A DNA stretch of 64,000 nt from contig CAVSIV010000006.1 in NCBI GenBank assembly GCA_963728205.1, forward strand, positions 736,001-800,000, given 5' to 3'. Each line of letters starts with the position of its first letter. Within the stretch, counting starts at the first letter, position 1. This document shows, in pieces, positions 41,232 through 50,171 of this stretch. The translations under genes were made by a program, and so were the position numbers. The notes beneath the pieces were generated by a model that was not told the DNA's origin, made no database searches, and worked only from the letters and a program-made list of their open reading frames with translations. This DNA is from an uncultured Chloroflexia bacterium. GTDB taxonomy: Bacteria; Chloroflexota; Dehalococcoidia; UBA2979.

Positions 41232-41324
41232 ATCGGCGGCGTGTCTGCCGCCGCTTGACGGGCGTGTCGCGGCGCGTCCGGGGCGCTGCCGCGCCGTCCG
41301 TCGGCGGCATGTCTGCCGCCGCTG
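41232..41324 (-). repeat. two direct REP-1 copies
   Basis: ATCGGCGGCGTGTCTGCCGCCGCTT at 41232-41256 (followed by GACG) and GTCGGCGGCATGTCTGCCGCCGCTG at 41300-41324. Confidence 0.9.
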
Positions 41325-41340
41325 TGGGCGGCGCTTGCGC

Positions 41341-41460
41341 GCGGCCGGTACGCGTGCCGCCGGCGTGTGCGCGGCCGGTACGCGCGCCGCCGGCGTGTGC
41401 GCGGCCGGTACGCGCGCCGCCGGCGTGTGCGCGGCCGGTGCGCGCGCGGCCGGCGCGCCC
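41341..41460. repeat. 4 x 30-bp tandem repeat
   Basis: GCGGCCGGTACGCGCGCCGCCGGCGTGTGC at 41341, 41371, 41401 and a degenerate copy at 41431. Confidence 0.9.
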
Positions 41461-44084
41461 TACCGCCGGCGACGCGTCCGCGGCTTCGGCGGCGCCGGCT
41501 CCGTGCCGTTCAGCCGCGCCTCGACCGCGGCCATGCGGTCCTTGAGGCGCTGGTTCTCGTCGCGCAGCTTCTCGACCTCCGTGCCGAGGTTGCGCACGTC
41601 CGCCTGCCGGTCCGCGTGCTCGCGGATGTCGCGCGCGGCGACGCGCGCGGAGCGCGCGAGCCGTCCGTCGAGCGTGCGCTCGCGCACGCGGTCGAGCGTG
41701 GCGATCGCGGCGGGGTCGGCGAGCTTCGCCAGCGCGTCGATCGCGGTGAGCTGCACGCGCAGCGGGTCGCCCTCCGCCAGCTCCTCGAGCCGCTCGCGCA
41801 CGCGCACCCGCTCCGCCGGCTCGCAGTACGGCGCGAGCTCGCCGAGCGCGGCCGCCGCCGCGCGGCGCGCGTTCGGGTGCACGCCCCAGCGCGTGTGCTC
41901 GAGCAGCACCGGCAGCACCGCGATGTCGCGCAGCGCGCCCAGCCCGGCGAGCGCCCCGGCGGTGATCACGTCGTTGTGCGCCGGCCGCCCCAGGACCTGC
42001 CGCAGCCGCCGGTCCACCCCCGGCTGCAGCGTCTTGCCGAGCGCCGTCGCTGCCGCGGCCTGCACGTAGTACGAGCGATCGCCGCGCACCGCCAGCAGCG
42101 CGTCGAGCGCGCGCGCCGCACGCGCGTCGCGGAAGTTGCCCAGCGCCGACGCCACCGCGCGCCGCACCCGCGCCGGCTCCACGGCCACGGCCTCGACGAG
42201 CGCGTCGAGCGCGCCTTCCGCCTTCGTACCGCCCAGCGCCGCCGCGATCTCGGCCCGCACGAACGGCGCCTCGCGGTCGTTCAGCAGCGCCGCCCGCAGC
42301 GCCTCGAACGCGCGCGGCGTGCCGACCTTCGCCAGCGCCTTCGCCGCGTCGATCCGCCCGACCGCCTCCGGGTCGCCGGCCAGCCGCGCGCGCAACTGCC
42401 CCTCGCCCGGCTCGAAGTCGAGCGTCTTCAGCACGCGCCCGGCGGGATCGATCGAGACAAACGCCGGCTCCTCGGCCAGCTCGAACACGAACGCGTGCGA
42501 CGCCTCCGTGACCTGCCGCGTGAACCGCCGGAAGTCGCCGCCGACCATGAAGCCGATCTCGATCGGCGTGCGATAGATCGACGTCAGCGCGTCCGGCTGC
42601 TGCGTCTGCGCGAGGTGCACGGTCGCGAGCCGGTGGTCGCGGTCCCACTCGTACGTCGCCTTGAACTCCGGGTGGCCGGCCTTCCACACCCACTGGTCGA
42701 AGAACCAGTCCATGTTGCGGCCGGTCGCCTCCTCCACCGCGCGCTGCAGGTCGTGCGTGAGGACGTCGCGCTCGCGATGCGTCTCCACGTAGTGGTGGAT
42801 CGCACGCCACCACAGGTCGTCGCCCAGGTTGTAGCGAAGCATGTCGAGCACGACCGACCCGCGCTCGTAGAGGTGGCGGTCGAAGATGTCGATCGGGTCG
42901 CGGTAGACGTTCTCGACGATCGGGCGGCGGTAGTGCTTCGCGTCCTCGTCGAGGTACTGGTTCGCCTTCTCCATCACGTCGTGGCGGAACGCGTCCCAGC
43001 CGCGATGGTGCTCGACGAAGAGCGCGTCGAAGTACGTCGCGAAGCTCTCGTTCAGCCAGCCGTGCGACCACTCGCGGCACGTCAGCAGGTCGCCGAACCA
43101 CTGGTGCGCGAGCTCGTGCGCCGAGAGCGAGTCGCACATCTCGACGACGTCCTCGTGGGCGCGCTCGTCGTGCAGCACGGTGTCGGTCATCGTCGTCGCC
43201 GACGTGTTCTCCATGCCGCCGAAGATGAAGTCGGCGATGGCGATGGTGGCGTACTTCGCCCACGGGTAGTCGACGCCAATCGCGTCCGAGAAGAAGCGCA
43301 CCATCTCGGGCGTGCGGCCGAATGCGCGGCGCAGGGCGGCGGCGGTGCCCGTGGCGCCGTAGTACGGGGTCGGCACGCTCCGCGCGCGGTCCTCGACCGC
43401 GTCGAACTCGCCGGCGGTGAGCGTGACGAGGTAGGCGGGGTGCGGCAGGTCCTGCACCCAGTGGAACGTCGAGCGGCGGCGACGGCGGTCGTCGCGCTGC
43501 GACTCGAGCCGGCCGTTCGAGACGGCGGTCCAGCCGAGCGGGACGGTGGCAACGACCTCCGTGGTGAACTTCTCGCCGGGGAAGTCGAGGCACGGGAAGT
43601 AGTGCGGGCTGTCCTCGGGCTGGCCCTGCGTCCAGATCTGCGTCGGGCGATCGGGGTAGCCCGGGTCGGGCGCGTTGAAGTAGAGGCCCCGGCGGGGGCG
43701 GCAGCGATAGCGGACGACCGTCGTGATCGGCTCGTCGGCCGGGCACGCGCCGCCGAGGTGCACGCTCAGCGTGCGGTCGCCCACCGCGAACTCCAGGCGC
43801 TCGCCCTCGCCGTCCGTCACCGACTCGACGTCGAGATCGACGGCGTCGAAGACCGCCGTGTCGAGCTCGTCGATGCGCGGGTGGAAGGTGGTCGTCGCGA
43901 TGCCGTGGACCTCGCGGTTGCGCAGGTCGAAGTCGAACTCGAGCTTGAGGTGCTCGACCTTGAAGAAGCGGTCGCGGCCCCACACCGGCGCGTCGCCCGG
44001 CAGTGGGAACGGGCGGTGGCGAGGGGTGGCGGCGGCGGGCGACGGCTGCAGGCCGTGGCAGTGCTCGAGTTCGAATTCGCTCAC
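41460..44084 (-). CDS. M1 family aminopeptidase (PepN-like) with C-terminal HEAT repeats
   Basis: GGMEN, AHELAHQWFGDLLT, WLNESFATY, HLYERG; HEAT repeats and coiled-coil tail. Confidence 0.93.
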   Translation of the reverse strand: MSEFELEHCHGLQPSPAAATPRHRPFPLPGDAPVWGRDRFFKVEHLKLEFDFDLRNREVHGIATTTFHPRIDELDTAVFDAVDLDVESVTDGEGERLEFAVGDRTLSVHLGGACPADEPITTVVRYRCRPRRGLYFNAPDPGYPDRPTQIWTQGQPEDSPHYFPCLDFPGEKFTTEVVATVPLGWTAVSNGRLESQRDDRRRRRSTFHWVQDLPHPAYLVTLTAGEFDAVEDRARSVPTPYYGATGTAAALRRAFGRTPEMVRFFSDAIGVDYPWAKYATIAIADFIFGGMENTSATTMTDTVLHDERAHEDVVEMCDSLSAHELAHQWFGDLLTCREWSHGWLNESFATYFDALFVEHHRGWDAFRHDVMEKANQYLDEDAKHYRRPIVENVYRDPIDIFDRHLYERGSVVLDMLRYNLGDDLWWRAIHHYVETHRERDVLTHDLQRAVEEATGRNMDWFFDQWVWKAGHPEFKATYEWDRDHRLATVHLAQTQQPDALTSIYRTPIEIGFMVGGDFRRFTRQVTEASHAFVFELAEEPAFVSIDPAGRVLKTLDFEPGEGQLRARLAGDPEAVGRIDAAKALAKVGTPRAFEALRAALLNDREAPFVRAEIAAALGGTKAEGALDALVEAVAVEPARVRRAVASALGNFRDARAARALDALLAVRGDRSYYVQAAAATALGKTLQPGVDRRLRQVLGRPAHNDVITAGALAGLGALRDIAVLPVLLEHTRWGVHPNARRAAAAALGELAPYCEPAERVRVRERLEELAEGDPLRVQLTAIDALAKLADPAAIATLDRVRERTLDGRLARSARVAARDIREHADRQADVRNLGTEVEKLRDENQRLKDRMAAVEARLNGTEPAPPKPRTRRRR

Positions 44085-44216
44085 GTGGCATCCCTCATCT
44101 CCGCGCGCGGTCGTGCACGCCGTGGCGGTCGGAGGATTGTGCGCCGGCGGCCGGAAGCGCAACACGGCCCGGGGTGGCGCGGCCCCGGCGCGCGGCGTCG
44201 CGGCTCGCCGCACGGC

Positions 44217-44304
44217 AAGCGGCGGCAGACATGCCGCCGACAGATGCGCGGCGCCAGCCGCGGACTGCGTCCGCGTCCTGTCGGCGGCATGTCTGCCGCC
44301 GCTT
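44217..44304. repeat. REP-1 inverted doublet, inverted copy of 8073-8161
   Basis: Arms at 44217-44241 and 44280-44304; spacer GCGCGGCGCCAGCCGCGGACTGCGTCCGCGT is the reverse complement of the 8098-8136 spacer core. Confidence 0.92.
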
Positions 44305-44361
44305 TGGCGACGGCGGCAGGCGTGACGTCTGCCGCGCGCAGCGACCCGCGTGCGACCGTTC

Positions 44362-44928
44362 CTACCGCGGCAGGCGGTCGAGGTACGCAAGCACCAGGCG
44401 CAGCGCCTCCTGCGCGGCGGCCATCTTCGTCGCCTCGCGGTCGCCCGGGAACTGGCACCGCGTGACGCGGTCCTCACCGTCCGCGACAATCCCGATGTAG
44501 TACAGCCCGCCCGGGCGGTCCGGGTTGCCGGTCGGGCCGGCGATGCCGGACTCCGCGACCACCACGTCGGCGTGCATCGCCGCCCGCACGCCGCGCGCCA
44601 TCGCGCGCACCGCCTCCTCGGAGACCGAGCCGTGCGTGCGCAGCGTCTCCGCGTCGACGCCCATCACCTCGACCTTCGCCGGGCCGCGGTACGCGGTGAC
44701 GCCGCCGATGAAGACCTTTGACGACCCCGGCACGTTGGTGAGCAGGTGACCGATCAGCCCGCCCACCGTCGACTCCGCGGTCGCGATCGTGAGACCGCGC
44801 TCGGTCATGCGCTCGACGACCGCGAACTCGCGGCCGTGCGGTGGGGCGCCGCCGGGGTTCGGGCCGGCGGCGGCGGACGTTGCGGCCGGGCGTTCGGGGT
44901 CGGGGTTCGGCGTGGGGGTTGTCGTCAT
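44362..44928 (-). CDS. CinA C-terminal / PncC (NMN deamidase) family protein
   Basis: IATAESTVGG, VPGSS, GSVSEE, SGIAGPTG, FPGDRE. Confidence 0.88.
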   Translation of the reverse strand: MTTTPTPNPDPERPAATSAAAGPNPGGAPPHGREFAVVERMTERGLTIATAESTVGGLIGHLLTNVPGSSKVFIGGVTAYRGPAKVEVMGVDAETLRTHGSVSEEAVRAMARGVRAAMHADVVVAESGIAGPTGNPDRPGGLYYIGIVADGEDRVTRCQFPGDREATKMAAAQEALRLVLAYLDRLPR

Positions 44929-44969
44929 GCGGGGCTCCTCGCGACGTGCCGGCCCGCCGCGCGGGCCGG

Positions 44970-45515
44970 TCAGCGCGCAGGATAGCCCGGCGCCGCGACG
45001 ATCTTGCCGATCTGCCCGATGTGATCGCGGTCGTGGACCTCCTGGAAGAGAAACCAGCCGCGGCAGTTGAGGTCGCCGAAGAACGCATGCGCGGCGGCCC
45101 CGACGAGGTCCGGCTGCGCGGGCAGGCGCGTCGGCAGCGCGGCGAAGTCCACGGAGTGCTCGGTGAGCTGGCGGCGCAGCGCGGCAATGTCGTACGGGGC
45201 GCTCTCCGGCTGGGCGCCCGGCCCCGTCGAGCGCGCGGCCGGCGCGCCGGAGGCGAGCGCCTCGATCACGCGCAGCACATCGCGCGACGCGTTCAGCGCG
45301 TGGCGTGCGACCTCGACGATGCTCCACCCTTCGCCGGCCGGCTTCCACTCGGCCTGCCCCTGCGAGACCGGCTCGAGCAGCGCGAGCAGCTCGAGGCGCG
45401 CGCGCACGACCGTGGGCCAGAGCGCGATGAAGTCGCGCTCCGCGGACTCGGTGGTGAGGTAGTCGCGCAGGCGAGCGATCTGTCGCGTGCGGGCGTCGTC
45501 CGCCTCGGCGGTCAC
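44970..45515 (-). CDS. DinB family protein
   Basis: WSIVEVARH, HAFFGDL, HDRDHIGQI. Confidence 0.75.
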   Translation of the reverse strand: MTAEADDARTRQIARLRDYLTTESAERDFIALWPTVVRARLELLALLEPVSQGQAEWKPAGEGWSIVEVARHALNASRDVLRVIEALASGAPAARSTGPGAQPESAPYDIAALRRQLTEHSVDFAALPTRLPAQPDLVGAAAHAFFGDLNCRGWFLFQEVHDRDHIGQIGKIVAAPGYPAR

Positions 45516-46267
45516 GAGGCGGCGCCGCCGCGGCCCGTCACGCGCTGCGTCGCGCGGCCGAAGCGCGTGCGGTTGTCGTCGCCGCCGCGCAGCACGAGGT
45601 CCGACTGCGCCTCGAGCGCGGCCGCGTTGCCGGGCGCCGCCGCGTCGATCACGCGCTTCGCCCACGACATCGCCAGCGGCGAGCCCGACGCGATCTGCGC
45701 CGCGATCTCGGCGACCGTGGCGTCGAGCGCATCCGGCGCCACGACGCGGTTCACGAGCCCGATGCGCGCGGCCTCCTCGGCGTCCACGACGCGCGACGTG
45801 TAGATCAGCTCCTTCGCGAGCGCAGGCGCGATCAGCTTCGCCAGCCCGGCCGCTCCGACCACGAGCCCGTAGTCGGCGCCGGGAAAGCGGAACCGCGTGC
45901 GGTCGGTCACGACCCGCAGGTCGCACGCGCACGCCAGCAGCGCGCCGGCGCCGTACGCCGGCCCGTCGACCGCCGCGATGGTCGGCTTCGGCGACGCCCC
46001 GACACGCGCCGCGGCGTCCGCGGAGGGGTTGAAGCGGCGCTGGCCGCCCTCGTACGCGGCGAGCGACTCCGTCATGTCGGCGCCGGCGCTGAACGCGCCG
46101 TCGGTGCCCTCGACGACGATCACGACGACAGAGTCGTCCGCGTCGAGCCGCGCCATCGCGTCCTGGATCTCGGCGGCCATCGCCGCGCTGATCGCGTTGC
46201 GCTTGTCCGGGCGCTCGAGGCGCATGCGGCCGATGCCGTCGTCCACGCGTACCGCGATCAGTGACAT
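45512..46267 (-). CDS. enoyl-CoA hydratase/isomerase family protein
   Basis: RPDKRNAIS, FSAGADM, KPTIAAVDGPAYGAG, EEAARIGLVNRVV. Confidence 0.9.
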   Translation of the reverse strand: MSLIAVRVDDGIGRMRLERPDKRNAISAAMAAEIQDAMARLDADDSVVVIVVEGTDGAFSAGADMTESLAAYEGGQRRFNPSADAAARVGASPKPTIAAVDGPAYGAGALLACACDLRVVTDRTRFRFPGADYGLVVGAAGLAKLIAPALAKELIYTSRVVDAEEAARIGLVNRVVAPDALDATVAEIAAQIASGSPLAMSWAKRVIDAAAPGNAAALEAQSDLVLRGGDDNRTRFGRATQRVTGRGGAAS

Positions 46268-46278
46268 GTTCATCCTCC

Positions 46279-46329
46279 AAGCGGCGGCAGAGATGCCGCC
46301 GACGGGTCGGCGGCATCTCTGCCGCCGCT
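46279..46329. repeat. minimal REP-1 doublet (2-nt spacer)
   Basis: AAGCGGCGGCAGAGATGCCGCCGAC-GG-GTCGGCGGCATCTCTGCCGCCGCT; both arms share the GAGA loop variant. Confidence 0.92.
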
Positions 46330-46364
46330 CTGCTTCGTTCGCGGGCGCCTGCCGCCGGGCTTCG

Positions 46365-47636
46365 CTACCGAATGGCGCCCGCGTCGCGGAGCGCGCCAAT
46401 CTCCTCGGTGGAGTATCCGACACCCGCGAGGATGTCGTCGTTGTCGCGACCCAGCGGGGGCGCCGCGCCCTGCACCGCCGGCGGCGAGGCCGTCATCTTC
46501 CACGCCGGCGCAACCATCACCTGCGGACCCGTGATGTCGTGGTCGAGCGCGACCGTGTACTCGTTCGCCTCGACCTGTGGGTGGTCGAGCAGCTCCTGCG
46601 TGAAGAGGACCGGGCTCACCGGCACCCCGCCGCGCTCGAACGCCTCGACCCACTCGTCGCTCGTCTTCGCGTGGATCTGCTCCTCGACATACGCCATCAC
46701 CTCGGCGTCGCGCTGCTGCTGCTCGGGGCTCATCGGGTCGTAGTCGGAGTCGTCGCGGTTGTGCTCGAAGCCGACGACGGCGCGCACCTTCGCGCGCAGC
46801 GACGCCGACAGCGCGCCGACCGCGATGGCGCCGTCCTTCGTGAGGAAGCAGCGGTAGTAGACGTTCCCGCCGGCGGCGCGACGCAGGATCGCGTTGCGCT
46901 CGTCGAGGAACTCGGCGTACGGCGTGCCGTCCGCGCGCGCCCGCTCGAGCGCCTCCATGAAGCCGGCGCGCTGCGCGGCGTCGGCGGCCGGCAGCGACAT
47001 GAACGAGCTGGTCTGCACGGTGAGCGCGTTCGCCAGCAGCGACGTCTCCACCATCTGGCCCTTGCCGGTCATCGCCCGGTAGAAGAGGGCGGCGCAGGTG
47101 CCGAGCGCGAGGGAGTAGCCGGTGCTCCAGTCGGCGAACGGGGGCGGCACCAGCGGCACGCCCCTGTCGTCGACCTTGCCGACGGCCGACATCAGCCCCG
47201 ACGCCGCCTGGACGACGATGTCGTAGCCCGGCCGGTTCGCCCACGGGCCGTTGCGCCCGAAGGCCGTGTTGTCGACGTAGATCAGGTCGGGCTTGATCGC
47301 GCGCAGGGTGTCGTAGTCGATGCGGAGCCGCGCCGCGACGTCGGGCCGGTAGTTGATCACGACGACGTCGATGTCGCGCACGATGCGGTGGATCGCCTCC
47401 TGCGCGCGCGGGTCGGCGACATCGATCGCGAGCGAGCGCTTCCCGCGGTTGAGCGACTGGAACATCTTCGACTCGAGCGGGATGAATTGCGCCTGCAGGC
47501 GCCACGGCTCGCCCTGCGGCGGCTCCACCTTGATCACGTCGGCGCCGAGGTCGGAGAGGATCTGGCACCCGAGGGGTCCGGCGATGATCTGGGTGAATTC
47601 CAGCACCTTGATGCCGGCGAGCGGTCCGGATGCCAT
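46365..47636 (-). CDS. family III CoA-transferase (CaiB/BaiF)
   Basis: GPLAGIKVLEFTQIIAGP, LGADVIKVEPPQGEP, LNRGKRS, PGYDIVVQA, PPLGRDN. Confidence 0.93.
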   Translation of the reverse strand: MASGPLAGIKVLEFTQIIAGPLGCQILSDLGADVIKVEPPQGEPWRLQAQFIPLESKMFQSLNRGKRSLAIDVADPRAQEAIHRIVRDIDVVVINYRPDVAARLRIDYDTLRAIKPDLIYVDNTAFGRNGPWANRPGYDIVVQAASGLMSAVGKVDDRGVPLVPPPFADWSTGYSLALGTCAALFYRAMTGKGQMVETSLLANALTVQTSSFMSLPAADAAQRAGFMEALERARADGTPYAEFLDERNAILRRAAGGNVYYRCFLTKDGAIAVGALSASLRAKVRAVVGFEHNRDDSDYDPMSPEQQQRDAEVMAYVEEQIHAKTSDEWVEAFERGGVPVSPVLFTQELLDHPQVEANEYTVALDHDITGPQVMVAPAWKMTASPPAVQGAAPPLGRDNDDILAGVGYSTEEIGALRDAGAIR

Positions 47637-47735
47637 GCGGGGCGTACCTTCCAGCGTGCGTGAGAGTCGGGGCCGCGGGGATAGTACGAGGCGCGTCCGC
47701 GGGGGCCAAATTCGATGACCGGGCGGCGTGCCACC

Positions 47736-47846
47736 CGCGCCCTCCCGGACGCGGCCGTGCGCACTTCCGGACGGAACGACGCGCCCTCCCGGACGCGACC
47801 GTGCGCGCTTCCGGACGGAACGACGCGCCCTTCGGACGCGGTCGTG
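47736..47846. repeat. ~2.5 x 44-bp tandem repeat abutting the left IR of RAYT1
   Basis: CGCGCCCTCCCGGACGCGRCCGTGCGCRCTTCCGGACGGAACGA at 47736 and 47780, partial at 47824. Confidence 0.85.
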
Positions 47847-47847
47847 T

Positions 47848-48619
47848 GTCGTCAAGCGGCGGCAGCATGCCGCCGATGCCACCGACGGCGCGAGCCGTCG
47901 CGGTCACCGGCGCGTCCCGCAATGCCGCGGGGCCCCGAAACCCTCCGGGTGTCCGTCGCCCTCGCGCGGCCGACACTTCACCCCATGCCCCCAGCACCGG
48001 TCGACCGTACGTGGCTCCTGACGTGGACGACCTACGGCACCTGGCTGCCCGGCGACGCACGAGGTTCGAAGATCCGCGTGCGCGACGGCCGAGGCGCGCG
48101 TGCGACGGAGCTCGTTCCCGGGGGGACCCGCAACGCGAATGCGCTCCGAGACGCCGCGCGTGCACGTCTCAAGCAGGACCCGATCCGCTTGACGAGCAAG
48201 CAGGCGGAGGTGGCCGCCGACGCGATCCAAGAGGAGGCGGAGCGGAGAGGATGGACCGCGTTTGCGATCGCCGTGATGGCGAACCACGCACACGTCACCG
48301 TCGGCGTCGCGGGTGACCCCGCCGGCGGATCCCTCCTGCACGCGCTGAAGTCGCACGCCTCTCGCGTGCTCAACATGGAGTGGCGTCGGCCTGCCGCGGG
48401 GACGTGGTGGACTCAGGGAGGCTCGACGAGGGTGCTGAGGTCGGAACCGGCGGTGATCGCAGCCGTTCGATACGTCCGCGATCAGGAGTATCCGCTCGTG
48501 GTGCGGCTCGACACGCGCATGTGGGGTGGCGCCGTGTGAGGTCGTGTCGGGGCGCGGTCGACGGAGCGGCGGCCCTGGCCGCCGCTCGCATCGGCGGCAT
48601 GCTGCCGCCGCTTGACGAC
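47848..48619. mobile_element. RAYT1 cassette: Y1 transposase between perfect 32-bp inverted REP-1 repeats
   Basis: GTCGTCAAGCGGCGGCAGCATGCCGCCGATGC at 47848-47879 and its exact reverse complement at 48588-48619. Confidence 0.85.
47985..48539 (+). CDS. REP-associated tyrosine transposase-like protein (HUH/Y1, IS200 TnpA superfamily)
   Basis: WLLTWTTYGTWLPGD, VMANHAHV (HUH), WWTQGGS, AAVRYVRDQ (catalytic Tyr, YxxxQ). Confidence 0.85.
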   Translation: MPPAPVDRTWLLTWTTYGTWLPGDARGSKIRVRDGRGARATELVPGGTRNANALRDAARARLKQDPIRLTSKQAEVAADAIQEEAERRGWTAFAIAVMANHAHVTVGVAGDPAGGSLLHALKSHASRVLNMEWRRPAAGTWWTQGGSTRVLRSEPAVIAAVRYVRDQEYPLVVRLDTRMWGGAV

Positions 48620-48690
48620 GGGCGTCGCGGTCGCGCGCGGCGGACGGGGGCGCCGCTTGACGACGGGCGCGGGGGCGCCGGGCCAACCCG

Positions 48691-49965
48691 CTACGCAATC
48701 ACCCCCTGCTCGCGCAGCTTCGCGATCTCCGCGTCGCCGTACCCGGCGCGACGCACGTACTCGTCGGTGTCGGCGCCCAGCCGCGGCGACGGGCCCTGCG
48801 CGGCGAGCGGCGTCTTCGCCATGCCGAGGATCGGCCCCACCTGCCGCTGCGGCCCGCTCAGCTCATGCTCGAGCGACACGATCATCTCGTTCGCCTGCAC
48901 CTGCGGGTCGTCGAGCAGGTCCTCCGGGAACGTCACCGGCCCGGCCGGCACGCCCTCGCGGTCGAAGATCTCCATCCACTCGTCGGTCGTCTTCGACCGC
49001 AGGATTGCCTCGACCTCCGCCACCGCGCCGGCGGCCTTCTGCTGCCACGCGGGGTCGAGCGGGTTGAACTCCGGGTCCGCCATGCCGAGGAACTCGGTGC
49101 CGATCGCCTTGCGCACCTTCGCCCACAGCGACGCCGACAGCGCGCCGACCGCCAGCGCCCCGTCCTTCGTCGAGTACGCGCGGTAGTAGATGTTGCCGGC
49201 GGCCAGCGCACGCATCGGGTTGTGCGCGGCGACGAGCTCCGGGTACGTCGCGCCCTGTGCCTCCAGCTCGTGCACCCGCGCCATCCGCGCGTGCACCATC
49301 TCGTCCGCCACCGGGAGGTCGAACACGATGCTGCCCTGGAAGGCGAGCGCCGTGTTCAGCAGCGTCGACGTGATCAGCTGCCCCTCGCCGGTGCGCTCGC
49401 GGTGGTACAGCGCCGCGCACACGCCCCACGCGATCGCGAGCCCGGTGCCGTAGTCGGCGATCGGCGTCGACCGGATGGGGTCGGGCGCGCCCTTCGGGTC
49501 GACCTTGCCCTCGCCGGCCATCAGGCCGGACACCGCCTGCACGACCACGTCGTAGCCCGGCCGGTGCGACCACGGTCCGCGCCGCCCGAACGCGGTGTTG
49601 TCGACGTAGATCAGGTCCGGCCGGATCGCGCTCAGCGTGTCGTAGTCGATGCGCAGCCGCGCCGGCACGTCCGGCCGGTAGTTCACGACCACGACGTCGA
49701 TCTCCGGCATCAGCCGGTGGACGATCTCTTGCGCCGCCGGGTCCTGCAGCGATAGCACCAGCGACTTCTTGCCGCGGTTGAGCGACTGGAAGTACTTCGC
49801 CTCGCCGGGCATGAACTGCGAGAACTGCCGCCATGGCTCGCCCTCGGGCGGCTCGACCTTGATCACCTCCGCGCCCATGTCGGACAGGTTCTGACAGCCG
49901 AACGGCCCGGCGATGATCTGCGTGAACTCCAGGACCTTGATGCCGTCGAGCGGGCCGCTGGCCAT
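48691..49965 (-). CDS. family III CoA-transferase (CaiB/BaiF)
   Basis: GPLDGIKVLEFTQIIAGP, LNRGKKS, PGYDVVVQA; paralog of 46365-47636; GGAGG RBS. Confidence 0.93.
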   Translation of the reverse strand: MASGPLDGIKVLEFTQIIAGPFGCQNLSDMGAEVIKVEPPEGEPWRQFSQFMPGEAKYFQSLNRGKKSLVLSLQDPAAQEIVHRLMPEIDVVVVNYRPDVPARLRIDYDTLSAIRPDLIYVDNTAFGRRGPWSHRPGYDVVVQAVSGLMAGEGKVDPKGAPDPIRSTPIADYGTGLAIAWGVCAALYHRERTGEGQLITSTLLNTALAFQGSIVFDLPVADEMVHARMARVHELEAQGATYPELVAAHNPMRALAAGNIYYRAYSTKDGALAVGALSASLWAKVRKAIGTEFLGMADPEFNPLDPAWQQKAAGAVAEVEAILRSKTTDEWMEIFDREGVPAGPVTFPEDLLDDPQVQANEMIVSLEHELSGPQRQVGPILGMAKTPLAAQGPSPRLGADTDEYVRRAGYGDAEIAKLREQGVIA

Positions 49966-50171
49966 CGGATCGCCTCCATCTGTGTTCGTCACGCGTCGTC
50001 CACACGAACGTCGGCGGGGCGCGGGGGGCGTGCGCGAGTCCCGGAGCCGTGCCAGCGGATACTAGGACATCGCGACGCAGGGCCGGGAATCACCGCCGCC
50101 CCATCGCGCCGGCGACGCCGCCGGGGCGCGCTCTTGTCGGCGTCCGACCCCCTGCATACGCTGACGCGACC

